Shown here piece after piece: positions 50,198 to 64,000 of a stretch of 64,000 nucleotides of DNA. The notes beneath the pieces are model-generated. The model was not told where the DNA came from and ran no database searches. It was given only the letters and a program-made list of their open reading frames with translations. Made by a program: the position numbers and the translations under genes. The stretch is taken from positions 3,162,001-3,226,000 of the forward strand of contig NC_043017.1 of NCBI RefSeq assembly GCF_006345805.1, in the 5' to 3' direction. Numbering within the stretch: the first letter of the stretch is position 1; each line of letters begins with the position of its first letter. The stretch comes from Octopus sinensis (Eukaryota).

Positions 50198-50729
50198 ATA
50201 CACACAATCACAGGCATGCACACACACAATCACGCGCATACACACACACACACCAATTTTGGTCAGTTCTGTGGATACTACGTCCGACGATGGTGGAGAG
50301 CGGGATGGTCACTACGCGCTTAAATCCATTAGAGAAGACTTTTCGCTAAAAAAAACAAAAAACAGTAAATATTTTCGGACGGAAAATATTTAGCTGTTGT
50401 TTCTAGTATATCACATGACTACCTCCAGGGTTTCTTTTCCACTGTAACGAGTATTGATGCTTTTTCAATATTTTCTCCCCTTTAATAATATAAACTTATC
50501 AATAGCATAGATTATGCTATTAAAAACAAATTGTTTGAATATTTACAAAGTTTTATTGAAATTGTTTATTTACCGTTACCTTACAATACCTTGTCTCGAC
50601 GGACGGGTTATGATAAATCCAAAAGCATGCGAAAGTTAAGTTAGATGTGGGAGAACTGTTTTGTATTTGGTTTGGCGAACACAATTTGTTAATAGTAATT
50701 GCTGAGACAGATAGACCGATGCTGTAAGA

Positions 50730-50948
50730 CAGTGGTTTTCAACCAGGCTTCAGTGGGACCTTAGGGTTCCGCCAGTACAGTCCAGGGGTTCCGCAAGAAG
50801 TTACAAAACTGCTAAAATCGGCAGTAATTTTTAATTCTCCTGTGCAGATATGTGTGCATAAGACTATTAGATTATTGCACAGGGGTTCCTCGAGCCAGTG
50901 GAATGTTTCCTTGGGGTTCCGCTCCAGCAAAAAGTTCGAAAAGCACTG
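50730..50948. mobile_element. hAT (Charlie-like) MITE
   Basis: TIRs CAGTGGTTTTCAAC / GTTCGAAAAGCACTG; 8-bp TSD CTGTAAGA (50722-29) / TTGTAAGA (50949-56). Confidence 0.85.
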
Positions 50949-51867
50949 TTGTAAGAGAACAGAAATGGAGCGAGAGAGAATTTTAGGGTGTTGTCTGACA
51001 GTTGCCTCTGACCAAGGTTCTAGCTGGTCAGCCAGACATCGTTGGTCGTCACCCGGCTGGTGACTGCTTGGGATGTGCTTGCTTTTATAACTATCCAGAA
51101 AGATAGATATATCATTAAGAACAATAGATTTAGTTGGTGGTCTTGTTATCTCTATTCTAGCTTTTGGTGAAGTAGAAGAGGTTAGAAAGGGTCAAGTGGT
51201 GAAGACATTATTTTGGCCAGCTAAGGGCATCTAAACCGGATGTTTATTATGTTTTCATGTCACACTTCCGCTGCCCGGAGCTATCAATCGGATTTGGCTT
51301 TAAATTCTGACAACACAATCTTCATGCTTCGCTTTGAAGAAACGGTCGAGTACCATTCTCACCGCTGTTACGTCGGTTACAATTCCTTTTTTAATCACCC
51401 CACTTACTTACTAATCTATTTTCTCTATCGTTTTAATTGCTATCTAATTGCTCTCCCCATGGCGCCCCGTAACCGCTTGTTGAGTTCCATTCCCGTCCCA
51501 AACCGGTTTCTGTAGCTTTGCGCATCTTTTCAGAAGAAATGTTCAGCTTTTAGTAACAACATCCTTCCCGACGAATTCTAAGTCGATTCCCTGTAAATAC
51601 CAAATTTTTGGTCTACAAAGCTAATTTTTTACTGTTAATATTCTTTGACTAACGAAAGCTGTGTCTAGGTATGCTCTAGATGCATCACTGTGGTTTCTTC
51701 ATTCTTTCACAGTCAATGTTCGGAAAATCCTGTCTGTACCTTTTACGCAGATGGAAACGACTAAGCAGGTTTGCAAAGTTGTTAGGTGGTAAGGCTATTT
51801 GACGTCTATCTCTAGCGTATAGGAATCCACTTTAGTGGTCATCCCTCTTATTAATTGTAATATATAC

Positions 51868-52170
<303 letters not shown>

Positions 52171-52539
52171 TGCTTGTCTATCTGTCCGTGTCTACCTCTC
52201 TTTATAGCCACCAGTCCGTCTATCTGTCTGTCTGTCAGACTGACTCTGTCTCACTACACATGTACGTCAACGTAATTCCAGATATTAAATAACTTCATAA
52301 CTTTAACTCTTCTTTCTTTCACAGTGGGAACCTTTGCCTAGCGGTGGCTGCCATTCATGCGTGAAGTTATGCAATGGCGTCATCACCACAAGCGATTTAA
52401 TCTTTTATTCTTTTATTAGTTTCGGTCACCCAATTAGCATATTTTTTTAACTACTGAGTTGATCGCTGTTGTTATTCGATGTTTAAGGTAATCGAGGTTG
52501 GTGGGTAGCGGTGGAGTTTTCTATGTTCTGAATGGCTGT

Positions 52540-52800
52540 CACACCTTAAACATCGAATAACAACAGCGATCAAACTCAGTGGATCGTGATATGCTGATAC
52601 GCGTCTGGGAGAAATTCTTCTTATTGCATTGATACTGACCGTGCTGCCGGTGGTGGCCACTTCGAACACTTGTTAGTCAAGAAATAAAAGTTGATTGTGA
52701 GTAAATACTTGTGACTTAGCTGGAGTTTTCTATTGCTTTTCCTTATTAAAATATTGCGTAATGAAATCGGTTCATTATTTTTGAATAACCCTGTGTATAT
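52540..52800 (+). mobile_element. Tc1/mariner-superfamily transposase 3' relic
   Basis: Frameshifted LKHRITTAI.SVDRDMLIRVWEKF.YCID...GGHFEHLL and terminus TTTTGAATAACCCTGTGTA. Confidence 0.7.
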
Positions 52801-53313
52801 AATACACAAATGGCTTTCTTATAAAAAGCTAAGAACACTGAAAAACTTGGACTGATTTCGAGGAGATGTAGAAGGGAGTGGAGTTCTTTTGTTCACATCA
52901 AGGTAAGCTCAGGATGAGGAAACTTAAGTGGTTGTTGTTGCTGTTTAGCCTGATCTCAGCTGTCCCCGGCGAATAAATTAACGCCTTTCAGTGTCACATT
53001 ATCCCAATGTCTGCAAAGACGGTGGGGACGCAGCTCCAAGAGGATTTCGTGGCTATTCTTGCCAGGTTGAGCAATAATTTAAAGAAAACCTTCGTTGGTT
53101 CTTACTCTGTATAGTTGCTCAACTTACTTGAATTATTAGTCAAATATTCTTCACTTCATTCTCCACCGTGTCCGCACTACCGATATTATCCAAGAGCTGA
53201 GCTCAAGAACACAACACGCAACTCGGTCCAAGAATCGAACTCATGACCTCATGTTAGTGAACCTGATGTTCTTACTAGTCATGTGCCTTCACTACACTAT
53301 GTAAGTATTGTAA

Positions 53314-53401
<88 letters not shown>

Positions 53402-53639
53402 CATACCTCACCCTACGTCGTTAATTGATTCCAGCAGACACAACTTAAGTCGAATTTACTTGTCTCTAGGCTAAACGGATAATAACCATTCCCAGTTCTG
53501 TACTTTATTTATGAATGCATTTTCAATAATGAATGGTTAATAAAGACCCTATTTTAAGCCTAGAAACCAATAATTTTTATTTTTTAATACAGCACAGTAA
53601 AAAAAAAGGTAATCTAAATTTACGAATACAACTTGTCGG

Positions 53640-54070
53640 TGTCTAAGTGTACATTGCGGGTGGCCAGGAGCATTATCTAAGATAAGTAAAACCTTAAAAG
53701 GAATCCCCTTCTCCTTAGGGTCCTTCTCTATTTTCTTATTGATGACAGTTTTGCTATGTGCTAAAATCTTGTCCTTATTATATACAATCGTTGATTCAGT
53801 TGTTCGACTCATCCCAAAAGATCGTGCAATTGATATCACTTTTTCACCTTTTTCATGGCATTTTATCACACCCAGTTTATCTTCCAGCGTTATAGCATGA
53901 CGCTTAGCACTTTCACTATGAATTTTCTTAGGAGCCATGGGGGCAAAATTGAATAAGAATGAGAAAGCAGCCGATAAACAAACGTAGCCAAATTTGAATT
54001 CAAAATAATCGCGATAATCACGAGTGACACCGACGTCTAACGGTAGATATTGGAACTACATTGCAATATG
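53640..54070 (-). mobile_element. Internally deleted Tigger/pogo transposon
   Basis: CENP-B-type HTH (RHAITLEDKLGVIKCHEKGEKVISIARSFG...STIVYNKDKI) fused to the DDE segment KGIPFKVLLILDNAPGHP. Confidence 0.85.
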
Positions 54071-54789
54071 AGCTCCGAAAGAGCGATAAATAAGATAACA
54101 CAGCTGATTTCATGAATTTGTTCACTAACCTACACTATTTTATGGTGCGTATTTTAACATTTACAGTACATATTTTAATATGATTTTATTCTTATTTGTT
54201 GCACAGTAACTTGAATTTATGTGCTTTTAATGGTTTTCAAGTGATTTTACGATTCCAATATACATACATACATACATATATACATACATACATACATACA
54301 TACATACATACATACATACATACATACATACATACATACATACATACACACGCATATACATACACACACACACACACACCCTTCTAAAAAAACTCATAAA
54401 ACAGAACATTAGCAAACCACAGAAATGGTTTCATACAACCAATAAGACGGACTTATGCCATTCGGGACACAAAAGACCTTTCCCACAAAACTACAATCTA
54501 TTGTCGCCTGACGACGGCTATGCATGAGAAAGACCTATGTTGAACATGCAAAATATGATTTATAGTAATATAATTTTAAAACGAGTGCTGAGGGTTTTGT
54601 CACTCATTCTCAAGGCCTTCTCGGCTTATGGCAAAACTTATGACATTGCAACAAGCTTTTTTTGAAAATAAGATCGTGAAAGTCTCGAAACTTCAGACAA
54701 ATGGATTCCGGAAGGCCGCCGTGTCAAATCATACATTAGGGACTAATATGGGAATATTTAAAAAAAAAATAATAAACGAAAATTATACT

Positions 54790-55290
54790 TCAGCATAGTC
54801 ATTGTTCGACCATGGTCGAGACAATGGAATTTACCATGCTACGCCAGACTTCACGGTCCATCATGGCATTACGGAGGTCCTGTTGCTGGATGCCTGTATC
54901 CCTGGAGATTACATCAGGGTAGGAGAGTGTGCGCCCTCTGGTATCGCGAGCAGATGGCTTCCAGAGGAGAAGAGTAGAAATTACTTCTTTTTCAGCTCTA
55001 CAACAATGTCCAGCAAACTGGACTATCCTACCTTTCACAAGAGATGACACAGGTGGTAGTTTCCCATATATTTGCATTTTGGTTGGATGGCGCTTCCACG
55101 AGAGATTTTGAGCTCTCATAAGGAGGCGAGTGTAGGTTCCATCCAACCGCCTCTCAAGCTTCTTTGATAACGTCCAGGTTTCTGAGCCATATAGTAGAAT
55201 TGGTTCGACTGTGGCTTTGAAGATTTCAAGTTTGAAGTCTCTACTTAGATTTGATGACCAGATCTTATGCATGTTTTAGTATAACATGTC
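54790..55290 (-). mobile_element. 5'-truncated RTE-clade LINE, 3' end of ORF2 still open
   Basis: KLEIFKATVEPILLYGSETWTL...QFAGHC.R...LLLWKP...AMMDREVWR. Confidence 0.9.
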
Positions 55291-55410
55291 TGAAAGCTAA
55301 GTCATTCCCTAATTAAACAAAAGTGCGTGTGAGTGTGTATATATGCGTATATGCATCTAAGCATGTTTCTGTTTGTATTTTTACACACTCATACACACAC
55401 ACACACACAC

Positions 55411-55461
<51 letters not shown>

Positions 55462-55951
55462 GGCAAATGAAAGACGGAACATGGAAAACACGGGAAATTA
55501 TTATTAATAACGACAATTGAGCAAGTGGCTTCCACTATAACCCCGGGGCGACCATCCCCTTATGTGTGTATTTGATAGACGGAAACTGAAAGAAGCCTGT
55601 CGTATTTATGCGTGTGTGCGTGCGTGTGCATGTGTTGGTTTGTTTACGCCCACCTAACCTAGCAGTTCGGTAAAAGAAACCGATGGACTAAATACCAAAT
55701 TTAAAATTAAGTACTGGGGTCGATTTGTTCGACGAAATCCTTCAGGGTGGTGTCCTACCTTTGTCGCAATCCAAAGACTGAAACAAGTAGACAGAAACCT
55801 ATTACTATATGTTTCAAAAACGTTCGCCCTGTTTGCGTATTCTTGAAACTAATAAGTAATTATGGAACTAATAAGTAATTATGACTTAACAAGGTTATTA
55901 CAGCTCTTAAATACATACATATATGCATATATATAAACACACAAACACACA

Positions 55952-56001
<50 letters not shown>

Positions 56002-56099
56002 TGCATGTATGCATGTATGCATGCATGTATGTATGTATGTATCTATGTATGTATGTATGTATTGAGAACAACCAACTCATACAGACAGAAATATCCCAT

Positions 56100-56225
56100 G
56101 GTAATTGAGTGGCTGCAATTGTAGAAAGAGCACGTTCTGTCCACTTTATGGAAAGTGTCTCACAAAAGGCGTTTGTGTAAAGAGCAAAGGTAACAATTGC
56201 AGATGGCACCGAAGTAAATTACAAG
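56100..56225 (+). mobile_element. Penelope-like Cys-rich linker / GIY-YIG start fragment
   Basis: GCNCRKSTFCPLYGKCLTKGV matches the PLE CNCR....CPL.G.CL motif. Confidence 0.7.
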
Positions 56226-56289
56226 GAACGGACAAATGCAAAAACAACAGAATTACATTCACACACACTCACACACATAATGTATAATA

Positions 56290-56312
56290 CACATTACATA
56301 GATATTGTATAC

Positions 56313-56362
<50 letters not shown>

Positions 56363-56616
56363 ATATATATATATATGTGTATACATATATGTGTGTGCGG
56401 ATGTGAGTGTATGTGTGTGAACATAGATATATGCATATATATATGTGTATATATATATATATACGCATACATATACTCATGCATTCATATGTGTGTATGT
56501 ATATATATATATATACATACATTTATACACAGTAATATGTATATGTGGATGTATTTACAAGCACACGCGCGCATGCACACACATACATATATAGATATAT
56601 ACATATATATATATGC

Positions 56617-56677
<61 letters not shown>

Positions 56678-56729
56678 GATATATACAAGATATATATATA
56701 CTTCCATATATATATATATATATATCTAT

Positions 56730-56825
<96 letters not shown>
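56290..56825. repeat. Compound (TG)n/(TA)n field
   Basis: Direct reading. Confidence 0.95.
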
Positions 56826-57437
56826 AATTACCGGACAACAATTACGAAAGGAAGAAGTTAATATATTTTATTTGACTTACAATGAACACGAAATGCCATA
56901 ACGGCAAATTAAGTTTAATTTTTACCTCTACAACTGGGTGACCGATTAACCTTATGCCAGAGTACAGGGCACCCAAGTTATGCAATAACAACTGTAGTAG
57001 TAGCAGTAGTAATAGTAGTTGCAGTCTGTGTGTCGCGTAACACATACAGCCTACTCCATGCACACACACGCACGCGTGCGCACATTATCGCCGCAACATA
57101 CTGTGGGTATTAAAATGCACGTGCATTTGCAACAAAGCAAAGTGACTGTTTGTGTTGGAGCATCCGTTGCCTCATGTTTGTTTCGGCTCTCTGCGCTCCA
57201 AGTTCAGTTCTGTCCGAGGAAATCAACTCCAGTTCGATGAATATATTACCGGTTTAGCACTACGATAGATTCGTCACTCCCGCTCTTGTTTTCTTTCAGA
57301 ATTGGCTACGCTTCACTGGGTGTCCTACTGTACTACTTTCTTGTAGTGTGTTTACATGGTTTAGCCAATGGTCTGCAGCCATGCTGGGGTAGTGTCTTGA
57401 GGTGTTTAGTCAAACATTGACTCCACGCCATTAGACT

Positions 57438-57506
<69 letters not shown>

Positions 57507-57802
57507 CGTGCACACAGATAGATGTGTAAATATTATGGACAGTATATTTAATTTTAAGTACATGTCTGAATAGCTAAGAGCAGACGTCTTCATTTAGCTG
57601 TGACCATGCTAGAGCACCGCCTTTAGTCGAGCAAATCGACCCCAACTGCCGGTCCAGGTGGGTAACTTATACGCCAAGGAAACCGGGAAACTGGCCCTGA
57701 TGAGCCAGGCATGGCTCGAGAAGGAACAAACAATAACTTGACATCCTTGTTACTTATTTGCTTCACATATACATATACACACAAACACATACAAATACAC
57801 AC

Positions 57803-57894
<92 letters not shown>

Positions 57895-58177
57895 TAGCGT
57901 ATATAAGAAAATAAGATGGGAAAAGAATAAACGATTATCTTCTGAACTTCATTAGCTTACATCTGTTTCTTCTATAAGATGCAGAGGATTATGAGTCCAC
58001 ACCATCATATAGCAGAAAACGACAGTAAGCTAATGGAGCTCATAAGCTGAAGTTCATACTGAAGTTTATGCTTTATTCTGAGGCCTATGTATATTGACCT
58101 CCAGGTTGTTGATCTCAGAATGACTAAGCATCATATATACGTGTGTGTGTGCGTGAGAGATAGAGAGGAAGAGAGAA

Positions 58178-58211
<34 letters not shown>

Positions 58212-58988
58212 GGAGAGAGAGAGTCACATTGGATCATGTAGTCCAAGATACACAGTGCCAAAGACATGAGCAGGATTATAGGTATTGCTTAGCCTCGAGC
58301 CAGCTCTGGCGTGAGGCTACACATCAGCGAAGACGATGACAATTGCGTCAACGACGACAACAACGACGATGATTCAGACGACGATATCAAGAGCAACAAC
58401 AACGTCGATGATAATAATGGCAATAACAACAACAACGGAAACAGCTATTACGACGATGACGACAGCAAGGAAAATATACCGACACTTATAAACTGGATCA
58501 GTTTTGAACAAGGGTGTAAACAATACCAAGAGCAAAGACGTCCAAGACCTGCTGAGCGAGATCGCAAACACTGCACAATAAATATGCAGTGAGAACAATA
58601 GTAATATTTTTTTTGAATATAGCGCATACCGTGAATAATAACCTAACAAAAGTTTATACACCCTTTACACAACCACTCACAAACACACAAAATGCCTTGT
58701 TAATTATATTACATTACGTAGAAACTTAACAAAGACCTGTACGGTTCATGTCACCGCCATACACACACACACACACACACACAACACACACACACGCAAA
58801 TATTCGTTTATTCTTTTATTTGTATCGCTCGTTTGACTGCTACCATGCTGGAGCACTACTTTTAGTCTAGCAAATCGACCCCAGGACTTCGAACCGCTAG
58901 GTTACGGGGGATATAAGCACGCTAACGTCGGTTGTCAAGCAATGGTGGGGGAACAAACACGCACATAAATATATACATACATATATCA

Positions 58989-59046
<58 letters not shown>

Positions 59047-59048
59047 TA

Positions 59049-59332
59049 GGAGGCACAATGGCCCAGTGGTTAGGACAGCGGACTCACGGCCGTAGGATCG
59101 CGGTTTCGATTCCTAGAGCGGGCGTTGTGAGAGTTCATTGAGCGAAAACACCTAAAATTCCACGAGGCTCCGGCATGGGGTGGTGGCGATCCCTGCTGTA
59201 CTCTTTCACCACAACTTTCTTTCACTCTTCCTTCAGTTGACCTGCTCGCTTAGCCAGCGGGATGGCGTCACATGAAGGTTAAAACAATGCGAAGCGCATT
59301 GTGACCAGCAATGTTCCAAAGGTCCCAGCAAT
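59049..59332 (+). mobile_element. SINE family D head with alternative tail
   Basis: GGAGGCACAATGGCCCAGTGGTTAGG head. Confidence 0.8.
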
Positions 59333-59390
59333 CATTTTTGAAGTGGTGTCCATGTACTACAATAGGTTGGGATTCAAAGCATACTCCTTA

Positions 59391-59594
59391 CTCTTTTACT
59401 TGTTTCAGGCATTTGACTGTAGCCATGCGGGAGCACCGCCTTTAGTCGACCAAATCGACCCCAGGACTTATTCTTTGGAAGCCTAGTACTTATTCTATCG
59501 GTCTCTTTTGCCGAACCGCTAAGTTACGGGGGGACGTAAACACACCAGCATCGGTTGTCAAGCGATGTTGGGGGGGACAAACACAGACACACAA

Positions 59595-59669
<75 letters not shown>

Positions 59670-59838
59670 TACACATATATACGACGGCTTCTTTCAGTTT
59701 CCGTCTACCAAATCCACTCACAAGGCTTTGGTCGGCCCGAGGCTATAGTAGAAGACATTTGCCCAAGGTGCCGTGCAGTGGGACTGAACCCAGAACCATG
59801 TGGTTCGTTAGCAAGCTACTTACCACACAGCCACTCCT
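59391..59838 (-). mobile_element. Full-length SINE family C
   Basis: Reverse match to 41861-42240 including the head. Confidence 0.9.
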
Positions 59839-60689
59839 ACTCAAGGATCTTCATAGAGTAGGGGTAGATGTTTTCAGGAAAACACTTAACCTTCTGCTAT
59901 CCAAGGTCTCAGATGAACCTATATCAGGGCAGGAAACGCGAAAGAGGGCAGCACTGTCGAGCTCCTTTCTTTACCAAAAAGCCAAAAAAAACTTAAGACT
60001 GGCTTTTGAAAAGGTTATTACACTCGCACTGCTCCAGCATGGCCACAACCTGAGGACTGGGACATACATAAGAATGAAATAATAACGTTGAATTTGTAAG
60101 GGCCTTGCTGCTTCGTTGTATTTAATGAGGGCCGGGAAATGGTTACGTTCCGTAGTGTATCTGGTGATGCAATCGCCCCTGGGGCGGTTCGAGTCACGGC
60201 AGGTGTCTCGTTTTTTTACCTGTCCAAATACTTCCATATCACTTTACAATGTAGGTTTTATTTAACTGACAACCACCCAAAAAAAAAAGCCCAACGCCTA
60301 ATTGATTAAGAGATAATGTTAGTTTAATGGGACAGGATGTAATATCATGTAAGCGTATTACGAATGGAATATACAGATTATATTTACTTTTATTATTAAA
60401 AATCACTAAAGTCTACTTTGATTTAATCGAGTAGCCCCCGCCCCTCCCAAATTTCTGGCTTTTGCCTATGTTGAAAATTATTTACAACGATAAATTCTCA
60501 GGACAGTTCGAGCGTCGAACAAACCGTCCAGAAGAAGTGCAGGAGATTCCGAAGTCGTCTGTAGAATGTGGTTGAAGCCAATGGCTATTTTATTGAATAA
60601 ATTTACTCTTTAGCATTTCAAGATATTTTTATGTAATTCTGGTAAATATATCTGTTAAAATGAGATGTCAGTGTTATCTTCTGCTTTGT

Positions 60690-60888
60690 GGCAGAAGTAG
60701 GAAGAAAGAGTGAGAGAAAGTTGAGGTGAAAGAGTACAGCGGGGTTCACCCAGCCTCCCCCGCCGGAGCTTCGTGGAGCTTTAGGTGGTTTTTGCTCAAT
60801 AAACACTCACAATGCCCGGTCTGGGAATCGAAACTGCGTTCTTACGACCGCGAGTCCGCTGCCCTAACCACTGGGCCATTGCGTCACC
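60690..60888 (-). mobile_element. SINE family D 5' half
   Basis: Reverse tRNA-like head ...CCACTGGGCCATTGCG. Confidence 0.8.
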
Positions 60889-61668
60889 ACTGTTGCTGCT
60901 GTTGCTGTTGTTATTGCTGTTATTGTTTATGTTGTTTCTGTTGTTTCTGTTGTTGTTGTTTTAGCTGCTGTTGTTGCTGTTATTGTTGTTTGTTGTTGTT
61001 GTTGTTATTGTTGCTGTTATTGTTGTTGTTGCTGCTGCTGCTGCTGCTGCTACAGCGGCTGTTGTTGTTGTTGTTGTTGTTGTTGTAGGTATGGTCGTTG
61101 TTGAGCTTCAGCTCACCTCCGTCCCAATCTTTTAAGAACTATAATTAAAAAGAACATTCCATCCGTGAACGTCCCTCCTACTTTTTTTTCTTTTCTTTAC
61201 CACACATAAACGATGTCTCGTACTACTGTTGTTTTTTTTTGTTGTTATAGTTTTATTTTGTAATAAATCTTTTTTTTTTTCTTTCAAAACAACCTGAAAA
61301 GTGTGATTCGACGAAGATATTTGACCACTATTTTTGGCAACCACGAAGAAACCTGCTGATTGACACGTGGAGATAATGGACTGAAGCCAGTCTAAAAACA
61401 AGCCAGAATTATCTTTAACATTTCGAGTGTTCCTGTACTCGGGAGGCAAATACTTTTGCTGCTGCGAACAGAAACATTGCACATTAAATGTCTTCTTCCA
61501 AAAATAAAATTCAAATAAAATTCAAATTAAAACAACAAAAAAAAAAACAGAACTCAATAGAAATGATTAGGAGAAACATTGCCCGTGACATTTCCTTCGA
61601 GTCCATTGCCGTCGCGATTAGGTAATAAAGTCAAATGTAGGCAGAATATAAGCTACATTGCTTCAATA

Positions 61669-61712
<44 letters not shown>

Positions 61713-61996
61713 GCATATGTGTATATGTATATAAATACATACAGTTTTGTATGCATGGTTGCATGCCTGCAGACATGTGTGTATATATGTATTTATGAAT
61801 GTATCTATGCATGTATAGATATGTATGTATGTATGTATCTATGTATGCATGCATGTATATATGTATGAATGTATGTATATACACACACATACATGCACGT
61901 GTATATATGTATGTACGTTCGTGTGTGTACAGACAGACAGAAACAGCGGTAGATAGAGAGAGAGAGAGAGAGAGAGAGAAGGGAGGAGAGACAGAT

Positions 61997-62122
61997 GCCG
62001 GAGCCTCGTGAAGTTTTAGGTGTTTTCGCTCAATAAACACACACAACGCCCGGTCTGGGAATCGAAAGCGCGATCCTCCGACCGCGAGTCCGCTACCCTA
62101 ACCACTGGGCCATTGCGCCTCC
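61997..62122 (-). mobile_element. SINE family D head fragment
   Basis: ...ACCACTGGGCCATTGCGCCTCC. Confidence 0.8.
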
Positions 62123-62713
62123 ACTGTAGTTGCTGTTACTGATGTTTGCTTTCTTTTCACTGCTTACAAAGACATCTAAACAATGAGACGTTTGGGAAAT
62201 ACTGAATTAATGCTTGAGAAACACGAAAAAATTCTGAAAGACATCAAAGGTCGGGCGACACATGTGCAGCAGATAAAAGAGAGCCGCCAAAAGAACGAAT
62301 GACAATAGACCACCAGTAACACGTTACGTTTCATTGTTATAACATTTTTTTTTCCATACTGTCCTGCATAAATTTTTGTGATGATCGTTGCTATTAATAA
62401 ATTAAGAACTTGGTTCTGTGTTTTCCTTCATCGATTTGTTAAAAATAGCTTGAAACATCTATAATAGTGAGATAGTAATGATATAATGTAATAAAAATAC
62501 AGTAATTATCTAAAAGAAAAAAATACCTCAGTAATTACAAACAAGGACACGGTAATTGAAAGAAAATGTAATATTAAAGAAAAGCGTATAAAACATTTAA
62601 AGTATCTCGGATCTTGACCTTTTCACCGACAGATTTAAAAAATAATTTTAAAAAAATAATTTTAACTAAACGCTTTCAAACTTCGTATACTGGTAGAATG
62701 TGTCACATAAAAG

Positions 62714-62975
62714 AAGGCGGGGAGCTGGCAGAAACGTTAGCGCGCCGGGCGAAATGCTCGGCGGTATTTCATCTGTCGCTACGTTCTGAGTTCAAATTCC
62801 GCCGAGGTCGACTTTGTCTTTCATCCTTTCGGGGTCGATGAATTAAGCACCAGTTACGCACTGGAGTCGATGTAATCGACTTAATTCCATTGTATGTCCT
62901 TGTTTGTCCACTCTGCGTTTAACTCCTTGTTGGTAGTAAAGAAATAGGTATTTCGTCTGCCGCTACGTTCTGAGT
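62714..62975 (+). mobile_element. Full SINE family A plus the start of a second tandem unit
   Basis: Tail GTAAAGAAATAG joined to GTATTTCGTCTGCCGCTACG at 62948. Confidence 0.88.
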
Positions 62976-63914
62976 ATTCTATGTATATATATATCTAAGT
63001 TGACCAAAATTGAGAGTATGATAGAAGAAGGCTTGCTCTTCCTTCCGTAGAAGATAAAATTCAAATCGGACCATGTTAACACCAAAGTTATTTACATAAG
63101 AAAGGTGCTTTTTTTCTATGAAAATCCCTATTTTTTACGATTCTTTGACTGCTGTGTCGCCATTTTTCGGTGTATTTCAACCAGAAAAATGTTCACTTAA
63201 AGAGAATAACAAGCTACATAAAGCAAAATTTTTACTTTTCAAAAATTCCAATTCTAAAGGGTCGAAACAAACCCGAGCAACGCCGGGCGATACTGCTAGT
63301 TACTACATATTCTGTAGTCGCTCAGGAATCAATGTTTCCACAACAAAGCGAACAAGTAATAATCAATGACCTGGAAAAGAGAAAGGCGAGATCTAAAACT
63401 AGAAATGACATGTGACTGAAGACATTGAGATCAAAGGAGATGGTTACTCGCAACTTCTCTTTGTAGTTCTGAAGGCCATTCAAACATAAACAACGGCGAC
63501 GAAATCTTGCTGGTTTGCACTATGCAAGGTCGTAACGAGATTTAATGTGGTCGGTGTAGTTTTTGAAGCACATGTTTACCAACACCGATATAAGATTCCA
63601 TTGAATCTATACGACATTCAGCAAATACAAAGGTATGAAAACAATATAGGTGGTACCCATTCGATTACGACGATGGGAATTCCAGTTGATTCAATCAACG
63701 AAACAGCCTTGCTCGTACAATTAACATGCAAGTGGAAGAGCAAATCTCAGAATTAAACAGCCGAAATTTGCAATGATGAATCGGTTTCTGACTGAAGAAT
63801 GAAGGCTTTGAATGACCCGTCTGTTTTTTATGTTCGTCCCTTCGTGTATTTCACGTTATTTATATTTATATGTGTAAAGTTTTATTATATATATATATAT
63901 ATAATATATATATA

Positions 63915-64000
63915 TATAAGGCACTGGTCGAACAGAAGCTATAAAAGAAGACACTTACCCAAGGTTCCACGCAGTGGGACTGAACCCGAAACCACAGAAA
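63915..64000 (-). mobile_element. SINE family C head fragment (runs off window end)
   Basis: AGAAGACACTTACCCAAGGTTCCACGCAGTGGGACTGAACCCG. Confidence 0.7.

Noticed and set aside
61132-61482. 116-aa minus-strand ORF
   Set aside because: No recognisable domain, and it runs into low-complexity T tracts.
63791-63825. CTGAAGA...GAAT...GTC as a possible hammerhead
   Set aside because: GAAT instead of GAAA, and neither stem II nor stem I can form.

Overview
Repeat-dense eukaryotic DNA. The SINE families and very high microsatellite load suggest an octopus genome (inference from recalled repeat families). Two spliced + strand genes can be reconstructed by hand. One is the last three coding exons of a BHMT-like homocysteine S-methyltransferase (619-797, 2544-2625, 3736-4007). 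The other is a probably complete ODF3/CIMAP1 (SHIPPO-repeat) gene (20803-20902, 34727-34831, 34980-35090, 36663-37153; 268 aa). Most of the rest is tRNA-derived SINEs, decayed LINEs (CR1/L2, RTE, R4/Dong-like, Hero-like), Penelope-like element (PLE) fragments, Tc1/mariner, pogo and hAT relics, and microsatellites. Main discovery: a non-coding ~600-bp unit repeated six times head-to-tail (4383-7951), followed by an inverted partial copy (7947-8285) and embedded in (TA)n. Every unit carries a complete type I hammerhead ribozyme: core CUGAAGA / GAAA / GUC, a minimal stem III with palindromic ACGUACGU, and an unusually long ~83-nt stem II. This fits a retrozyme-like element producing self-cleaved ~600-nt monomers or circRNAs. 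A diverged relative, two further hammerhead-like motifs of other architectures, and PLE RT and GIY-YIG remnants (candidate helper machinery) lie in the same window. All RNA folds were paired by eye and none was computed.
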